Shown here piece by piece: positions 33,148 through 41,606 of a stretch of DNA of 41,606 nt; the stretch's first letter is position 1, and every line of letters begins with the position of its first letter. The notes under the pieces are model-generated. The model made no database searches, was not told where the DNA came from, and saw only the letters and a program-made list of their open reading frames with translations. The DNA is from Octopus bimaculoides (taxonomy: Eukaryota). Both the position numbers and the translations under genes were made by a program. Where the stretch lies: NCBI RefSeq assembly GCF_001194135.2, contig NC_068982.1, forward strand, positions 39,174,456 to 39,216,061, read 5' to 3'.

Positions 33148-33232
<85 letters not shown>

Positions 33233-33983
33233 GCATATATGGTAAACAGGACGTCACCAACTGTATAAACATGAAGTACATAGACAAACGAGTTATGTAT
33301 GTATGTGTATATGTGTGTGTGTATATATGTATGTATGCATGTATGTGTATGTTTGTGTGTGTGTGTGTATATATATATGTATATATATATATTAATGTAT
33401 ACATACATATACACACACACGCACACATGACGTTTGTCTTCAATAGTCATCCTTGCACTATCTTTAAGATACCGTGTGCGCAGTTGTGTGTGGGAGTGCG
33501 TGTATGTATATATCTGTGTGTGCGCGTGTGCGTGGGTGAATGCGTGAGAGAAAGAAAGAAAGAAAGAAAGAAAGAGAGCGAGAGAAATTACAAATAACGT
33601 GAGTGGCTTGACTTTTAGCCATCGATTAAATCAACTGTACTTATTTTATCGATTCAATAAGGAGGAAGACAAAATTGATCCCGATGGATGTCAGAATGTA
33701 GTGAAATGGAACAAAATCCCATGTTAACAGCCCTTAATATTGATTTTTCAATATGAGCACAAGGTTAAACACTTTTGGGAGGAGTATTGACGATCGTATT
33801 GATTTTTACTTTACGGGTATTTATCGTATCGACATTGGATGGATGGAAGGCAAAATCGATCCCTATGAAATTGTACTCAAAACGTAAAGAGACATGTCTA
33901 AACGCAGCATGGCATTTTGTCTACAGCTTTATCGATTCTAATTTATTCATCGTGTAGAATGCTTTCAAGATATAAATTTTGTA

Positions 33984-34218
33984 GGGCAGCGAGCTGGCAG
34001 AATCGTTAGAACGCAGGGCGAAATGCTAAGCGGTATTTCGTCTACCGGTATTTCGTTCTGAGTTCAAATTCCACCGAGGTCGACTTTGCCCTTCATCCGT
34101 TCGGGGTCGATTAAATGAGTACCAGTTAGGCACTGGTGTCGGTGTAATCGACTTAATCCCTTTGTCTGTCCTTGTTTGTCTCCTCTATGTTTAGCCCTCT
34201 GTAGACAATAAAGAAATA
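33984..34218 (+). mobile_element. SINE family A, near full length
   Basis: Collinear with 32904-33135. Confidence 0.9.
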
Positions 34219-34452
34219 AATATTCAAATTTTGTTTCTAGATTAAATGTCTATATATTTGCATAAAGTTTGATATTGGTTACGTTACAAACCTACCTTTC
34301 TATCTCTCTTTCTGGCGTCCCTCTCTCTCTCCATGTGTATAAGTATACAAACACAGAGACACGCACACATACACGCATATATATCATGCATATAAATATA
34401 TATATTTAGGTATGGGAGTGTGTCTATGTATATATATATATATATATATGCA

Positions 34453-34494
<42 letters not shown>

Positions 34495-35604
34495 NNNNNN
34501 NNNNNNNNNNNNNNNNNNNNNNNNNNNNNNNNNNNNNNNNNNNNNNNNNNNNNNNNNNNNNNNNNNNNNNNNNNNNNNNNNNNNNNNNNNNNNNNNNNNN
34601 NNNNNNNNNNNNNNNNNNNNNNNNNNNNNNNNNNNNNNNNNNNNNNNNNNNNNNNNNNNNNNNNNNNNNNNNNNNNNNNNNNNNNNNNNNNNNNNNNNNN
34701 NNNNNNNNNNNNNNNNNNNNNNNNNNNNNNNNNNNNNNNNNNNNNNNNNNNNNNNNNNNNNNNNNNNNNNNNNNNNNNNNNNNNNNNNNNNNNNNNNNNN
34801 NNNNNNNNNNNNNNNNNNNNNNNNNNNNNNNNNNNNNNNNNNNNNNNNNNNNNNNNNNNNNNNNNNNNNNNNNNNNNNNNNNNNNNNNNNNNNNNNNNNN
34901 NNNNNNNNNNNNNNNNNNNNNNNNNNNNNNNNNNNNNNNNNNNNNNNNNNNNNNNNNNNNNNNNNNNNNNNNNNNNNNNNNNNNNNNNNNNNNNNNNNNN
35001 NNNNNNNNNNNNNNNNNNNCATTTGTGTATATGCATAGATATATATAATCATACACACACATACACGCGCACACACTTATATATTCCATTTGTGAGCTAA
35101 CCAGGCTACCATTGGTTTCATGTTAAGAGGGGTATATCTCTTAACAATTTTCAAAACTTCTTCACGGAACATTGATGTTCGTTTTCCATCTTGGATGAAT
35201 ACACGATAAAATCACAATAAAATCACATGAGTTCACGGGAGATATTCATATACTAGAGGGACCTCTGGATTATTATCTCCTTACTAAAGTTGATTATTAT
35301 CATATGAGCAGTGAGTTTGTAAGATAGTGTGTATCATATGATGTCTTGTATATTTGTGATGCCCATATATTTGTGTGATGGGAACGCAGCTTACGTTTAT
35401 GGGGTACATGTGTCTTTTTTGCATAAAGCATATATTAAGCATATAATTAATTTTCAGAGAGAAAAAGACCTATCCAGGCTGGAGGGGTAACAAAAATAGG
35501 TAGGGGTCATGCTTGAAGTTTTGGAGTGTGAAATGTGCCTTATGCATACAGTGGAAGAAGGTTTCGTCCAAAATATTTAAAATGTTCGCTTTTGATGAAA
35601 TCAA

Positions 35605-36005
35605 TGGTAGCGTGGTTGTGGTAAGTAGCTTACCTTCCAACCACATGGTTCCGGGTTTGGTCCCACTGCGTCGGCCCTTAGGCAAGTGTGCTCCAGGCCG
35701 ACCAAAGCCGACCAAAGCCTTGTGAGTGGATGTGGTAGACGGAAACTGAAAGAAGCCCGTCGTATATATATATATATATATATGTATGTGCATGTTTGTG
35801 TGTCTGTGTTTGTGCCCCCACCATCGCTTGACAACCAATGCTGGTGTGTTTACGTCCCCTTAACTTAGCAGTTCGGAAAAGGAGATTGATAGAGTAAGTA
35901 CTAGGCTTACAAAGAATAAATCCTGGAGTCGATTTTCTCGACCTAAGGCGATGCTCCAGCATGGCCGCAGCAAATGAATGTATCAAATAAAAGAATAAAA
36001 GAATA
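35605..36005 (+). mobile_element. SINE family B
   Basis: Collinear with 2441-2820. Confidence 0.88.
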
Positions 36006-36101
36006 AATCCACCAATGCAGTGTTGAGCACTCATTCTTACTGCTCGATACTAACGTACGTGTACACACACACACTCACACACACACGCACACACACACTA
36101 A

Positions 36102-36165
36102 CACACACAGACAGACATACGCACACACAGACAGACATACGCACACACAGACAGACATACGCACA
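36102..36165. repeat. 20-bp minisatellite (CACACACAGACAGACATACG) x3 within a CA tract
   Basis: Direct inspection. Confidence 0.8.
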
Positions 36166-36181
36166 GACGCACACACATACA

Positions 36182-36220
<39 letters not shown>

Positions 36221-36629
36221 ACACAGATATACAAATATACATACCCACACATGCATATATTTAAGCCGATGTCTTTTGGCTCTGCTGATAAGGTTGGACA
36301 ATAACCGTACTGATGATTGCTATTGAAGCAAAAACACGTATCCACGACTATTTCCTTATCTCCAGACAATAAGTATGTCCTTTTCCTTAACGGCGGGTCT
36401 ATTTTGGAGAATTTTTGAATCGTGAGATCATCTCCACTTCTGAAGGGGAGCTGGTCTTAATTGCCATGCTACTTATGATACACCCTCCACTGACAAAGAT
36501 AATTGTAATAAATATGGAATTTATATTGTATGGTGTTCGATATACCTGTATTTGTCTATGTTGTTCAATTACATATCTCTCAGTTATTTCTCTTTGTACA
36601 TTTTTGTACATCTCTCCCTTTTTCTATAT

Positions 36630-36794
36630 ATGAAGATAGTCCTAGGTTGTATGGTAAGAAATTTGCTTCCCAACCACATGAATCCGGGTTCAGTCTCCCT
36701 GTGTAGAAACTTCGGCAAGTGTTTATTACTATATCCTAGGGCTGACCAAAGCCTTTTGAGTTGATTTAGTAGACAGAACCTGAAAGTAACCCGT

Positions 36795-36800
<6 letters not shown>
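36630..36800 (+). mobile_element. SINE family B, 5' half
   Basis: GGTAAGAAATTTGCTTCCCAACCACATGAATCCGGGTTCAGTC...GACCAAAGCCTT...GTAGACAGAACCTGAAAG, ending in (CA)n. Confidence 0.8.
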
Positions 36801-36858
<58 letters not shown>

Positions 36859-38931
36859 CATATGCGTGTGTGTGTGTGTATAGGAATAGGGATTCAAAAT
36901 ATCGATCAAATTTCAAGTAGTATCGCTTCTATAATATCTAATTCACTATATGCATACAGAATTACACTTGTCTGTTACACTCAAGCACGCACGCGCACAA
37001 CCATACACACTCACATGCATCTTATACAGGGACACAGATACGCGTGCGTGTGTGCAGTTAGTAGTGATAATCGTTATTATAAACCATTGCTAACAATGCT
37101 ATGGTGAATTCTGGATCTAGCGACTTTGCATGGACGAAAGATAAATCTCTTACATGTATATGACTCCCGTCCATTGCAGGTAACAATCACCGATGATATA
37201 TCATATACAACGCTTCTATATCGGCTGGAGTGGATATGGACATGAAACATAAACACCCATATATGGACACGTATACATAAACATCCATATATAGACACAC
37301 ACATGCAAACACAGGGAACCATACGCCCATGCAAATACTTGCACATGTATGGGTGTATCATATTGATCTAATTATGCTTTGTTTTTCATAGTATAATTCT
37401 TTTAGTTTTTGACGAACATAATTCTTTAAATTTTAGTTCTACGTCACTCTTTCTCTTTTCGTTGTTTTCAGACAAAAAAGAAAATAACAAAACAGTCTTG
37501 TGATATTTTAAGATATAAAATATTATCTCTTACGTTCATTTAGCATATGCGCCATTTCTTGAAATACATATCAAGTGTTCCATACGGTGTAATCTTTGAT
37601 AAGGAAGGTGTTCGGAAATGCTTACCATTTAGTGACTAACTTGGTTCATATCATCTTTAAAGCAAAAGATATTTATAGTAATAATCTTCAAATCTGATCT
37701 TTTCTTTTAGTGACCTCACGGTGCTGAAATCAAGGCAAAATGCAAACATTTTACTGTTTTTTTGTTTTTACTATTATTTTCCTATTGTTTGGATGGACTT
37801 CACAAATATGTTTCGTCTGCTATCGATGATTATTCTAAAATTACGTGTACGATTAGGCTGCAGGTGTTTGCTGAGGTGACCGATGATAAATTAAATGGCT
37901 ACAAGGGCGAATAATATGCGGTAAGATCACATATACATTTTTGTATTCATCCTTCCCTCATAAATATTGTACCCTAGAGGATATTTGGCTCTACACCAAC
38001 TAACATCGAGGATATAACGATCAACTATAACTTGAAACATCTTTGTGACCCTAGCTGAAGCTAAAATAATTTTATCACAGAGGATGAAATGTAAAAGAAC
38101 TTTCAAAAGAGTAACTAGAATTATATCATTGAGGTATTTTCGGAATGAAACCAATACTACTCCAACTTGAATCGAATCCAAGTAAAGAACTGGTCTCATA
38201 AAAGAAAATGCTCTACGATGTATTATAATAATTGATGTGAATTCTTAAGTTACATTGATGTGTGACGCCACCATAGATAGATTTAAAATATCACAAAAAC
38301 TGGTTATTTTACTCGTTTAGTTAGGAATTTAGATTATAAAGTGCTCATTACACGAATTACTAATATGTAAAATGTTAAACGTTGCTGCAAAATGAAATAT
38401 CTCTTAGAGAAGACTTTGGACAATGGGCTGTTGGTTATTTTTTTTTTCGTTACTGGTATACAACCCATGTAAAAATGAAATATAAAGTTGTTTCTTGTTT
38501 TATTTAATAAGGAACGTAAAGGGACGTAATTATATAAGATATCTTGTTTGATACTTAATATTTTCGTTACTTCAGCAAACTTATATGTTTATATATTAAA
38601 AGTGTATCTGTATATAAGGTGGTAGTCACTTGCAGAGACGATTGAAATCTGGATTAAGTGCCTTGCAAAAGATAATATAGCTTATGTAATTTTTTTGATA
38701 AACTCCTTCAAAAACCAGCTCTGATTCTTTTATTACCAAGAGCAATAAAATATAAAAAAGTAAGTCATATTCCAGGTCAAAATCTACACTTCGATTTCTA
38801 TAAAAAATAGCATTGCAAAATGATGCACCAGATAAATTAAGTTTAGTACGCTTAAAGTAAGCACAAAAATTAAAATGCTTTTTAATATTCATGTCACTAT
38901 ATATAAATGAAACTTAAATACCGTTTGAAAC

Positions 38932-38933
<2 letters not shown>

Positions 38934-38986
<53 letters not shown>

Positions 38987-39002
38987 CATCCATCCACCCA
39001 TC

Positions 39003-39033
<31 letters not shown>
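38934..39033. repeat. (TCTA)n/(TCCA)n/(TA)n microsatellite
   Basis: Direct inspection. Confidence 0.95.
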
Positions 39034-39044
39034 CTTTTATTCTT

Positions 39045-39215
39045 TTACACTTTTACTTCTTTCAATCATTTGACTGCGGCCATTCTGGAGTACAGATCGA
39101 ACCCAGGACTTATTCTTTGTAAGCCTAGTACTTATGCTAACGGTCTCTTTTGCCGAGCTGCTAGCTTATGGGGACATAAGTACACCAACATCGGTTGGGC
39201 GGACAAACACAGACA
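39045..39215 (-). mobile_element. SINE family B, 3' half
   Basis: Reverse complement of the family B tail (..GTACTAGGCTTACAAAGAATAAGTCCTGGG..CTCCAGAATGGCCGCAGTCAAATGA..). Confidence 0.8.
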
Positions 39216-39268
39216 CACACAGACACAGACACAGACACACACAGACACAGACAGACACACACACACAG

Positions 39269-39308
<40 letters not shown>

Positions 39309-39813
39309 NNNNNNNNNNNNNNNNNNNNNNNNNNNNNNNNNNNNNNNNNNNNNNNNNNNNNNNNNNNNNNNNNNNNNNNNNNNNNNNNNNNNNNNNNNNN
39401 NNNNNNNNNNNNNNNNNNNNNNNNNNNNNNNNNNNNNNNNNNNNNNNNNNNNNNNNNNNNNNNNNNNNNNNNNNNNNNNNNNNNNNNNNNNNNNNNNNNN
39501 NNNNNNNNNNNNNNNNNNNNNNNNNNNNNNNNNNNNNNNNNNNNNNNNNNNNNNNNNNNNNNNNNNNNNNNNNNNNNNNNNNNNNNNNNNNNNNNNNNNN
39601 NNNNNNNNNNNNNNNNNNNNNNNNNNNNNNNNNNNNNNNNNNNNNNNNNNNNNNNNNNNNNNNNNNNNNNNNNNNNNNNNNNNNNNNNNNNNNNNNNNNN
39701 NNNNNNNNNNNNNNNNNNNNNNNNNNNNNNNNNNNNNNNNNNNNNNNNNNNNNNNNNNCCCACACACACTATATATACGTATATATTATTTTTTGTCGCT
39801 TTTCTTTTTTGAA

Positions 39814-39880
<67 letters not shown>

Positions 39881-40279
39881 GTCTGTCTGTGCATGTTTGT
39901 ATGAATATACCACTTGCATATATAGCAATCGTAGTGAGAGAGTAAATTCATAAACATTAATATTCAAAATCAGGTTAATAATAATACGCCTGAATATAAA
40001 ATTTATAAAAAGCAATAAACGTAATGGTGTAACGCTTGCAGGAATTAAAGATTTCTGAATCTACTGACTGATATGACGTCACTGGAATTAATAAAGGTAT
40101 TACTTGCCTACATACAGATGCACAAGAACATACATAGAACATACATACATAGAAACATACACAGGCGCATTCGTCTATGTAAGTATGTATGTATGTATGT
40201 ATGTATGTGATTGTTAATCAAAAGGAATTCAAGTTCAATCTGAGTAAAGGTTCATCGCCTCTGTTTGTATACACGTGTG

Positions 40280-40424
40280 TGTGTGTGTGCATGTATTTAT
40301 GTATACATATATATATATATATACATATATAGACATACTCATATATTACATATGCATATGAATATATATATGCATGTATAAATATAATATTTGTACATAT
40401 ACACATATGCATGTAATATATATA

Positions 40425-40494
<70 letters not shown>

Positions 40495-40620
40495 ATGTAT
40501 ATGTATCTGAACATATATGTGTACCCGTTTTGCACACACACAAGCAAGCACGTGCATTCGCACACGCATACACATACACACACAACCACATATATACACA
40601 TACACCTTACAGATACAATA
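40280..40620. repeat. Compound (AT)n/(GT)n/(CA)n microsatellite field
   Basis: Direct inspection. Confidence 0.9.
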
Positions 40621-41606
40621 GTATACGATAGGAAATATGTGTTAGCGTTAATAGCCACCACAGCTCACACGCTTCTCTGTATATGTAAGAGAGGGTGAGA
40701 TAGTGAGAGAGATTGAGAGAGAAAGAAAGCGAGAGAGTGAAAGAGGGATTTGGATTGGGAAAGAGAGCGAAAGACAGAAAGACAGACAGAGAGGGAATGA
40801 TAGGTCACCCCTATTACCATCCTCTCACCTTTCATGCTAAGGTGTCTATTCATTTCTTTGATTGCTCTGTTCCTTCTCTTAAGTGACGTGATCCATTCAC
40901 TTCTGAGCTTCACAATGATATTAAATTGGGAAGCAAAAGTCACCACTCAAGTTCCTGGAAAATGAGAAAAAATAATAATAATATTAACCATAACAACAAC
41001 AACAACAAGACAATAATAATAATATTAATAAAATATAAATAAATGCATAATTTTTTTCTGTACTTCTTTGTTCCTCTGTCTGTTTTTTTATATTTTTTTT
41101 TTACGTTTTATTGTATTTTATTTTGTTTTAAAAAGAGTCACCGTTATGTTTTGAACACAGTTTCTGTTTTACATTCTTCAACAAAAGATATATTTTTAAT
41201 TTCTTTCACATGTCTTACCCTGATCTTTAATAATGCTTCCTACATTTCACTTTTAACATTGACTTCCGCACTTAATGTTACGCATTAATGAAAATTAAAA
41301 AATATTGATTACTTTTCTTCAACATAACCGTCGAATTGCTTATGTTAATGTTTTCTCTCTTTCTTTCCATTTTGTTTGTTTCTTTTTATTGTTTTTTGTT
41401 TTACTTCGAAGAATTTTCGACGAACAAAAACAAACATAAGATAAAATATGCAAGACTTTGTACATTTTAACTTAATGTTACAGCACATACTTACATGCAC
41501 ATTTATATATGCATCAACTTATGCGTCTATGTATGCACATGCATACATAAATACTTAAACATGAGTGCATGTGTACGTACATATATATATGTATATATAT
41601 ATAAGA

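Noticed and set aside
36306-36346. CTGATGA-TTGCT/AGCAA-AAAC-AC-GTA hammerhead look-alike
   Set aside because: G12 is absent and stem I is barely paired; at best a badly decayed motif, and not distinguishable from chance.

Overview
Repeat-dense, gapped eukaryotic genomic DNA, most likely an octopod cephalopod. This is an inference from the GC-rich, expansion-laden 18S copy and the tRNA-headed SINE and microsatellite landscape. I found no intact protein-coding gene; almost all listed ORFs are microsatellite, N-gap or rDNA shadows. The window holds: (1) an orphan, decayed rDNA fragment (5'ETS-like segment plus the 5' part of 18S, 21949-24138) followed on the same strand by a decayed RT/CCHC/RLE non-LTR retrotransposon; (2) a Penelope-like thumb plus GIY-YIG remnant; (3) Tc1/mariner remnants, a MITE, a foldback-like element, a Helentron-type (HINE/DINE-like) element and many SINEs; (4) several minimal type I hammerhead ribozyme (HHR) motifs from apparently unrelated repeat families. 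The most striking is an HHR at 30762-30817 (-) whose core reads GUGAUCA, a compensatory G3:C8 swap of the C3:G8 tertiary pair. There is also a back-to-back inverted HHR pair at 4416-4830. All alignments and folds were done by eye; no database search was run.
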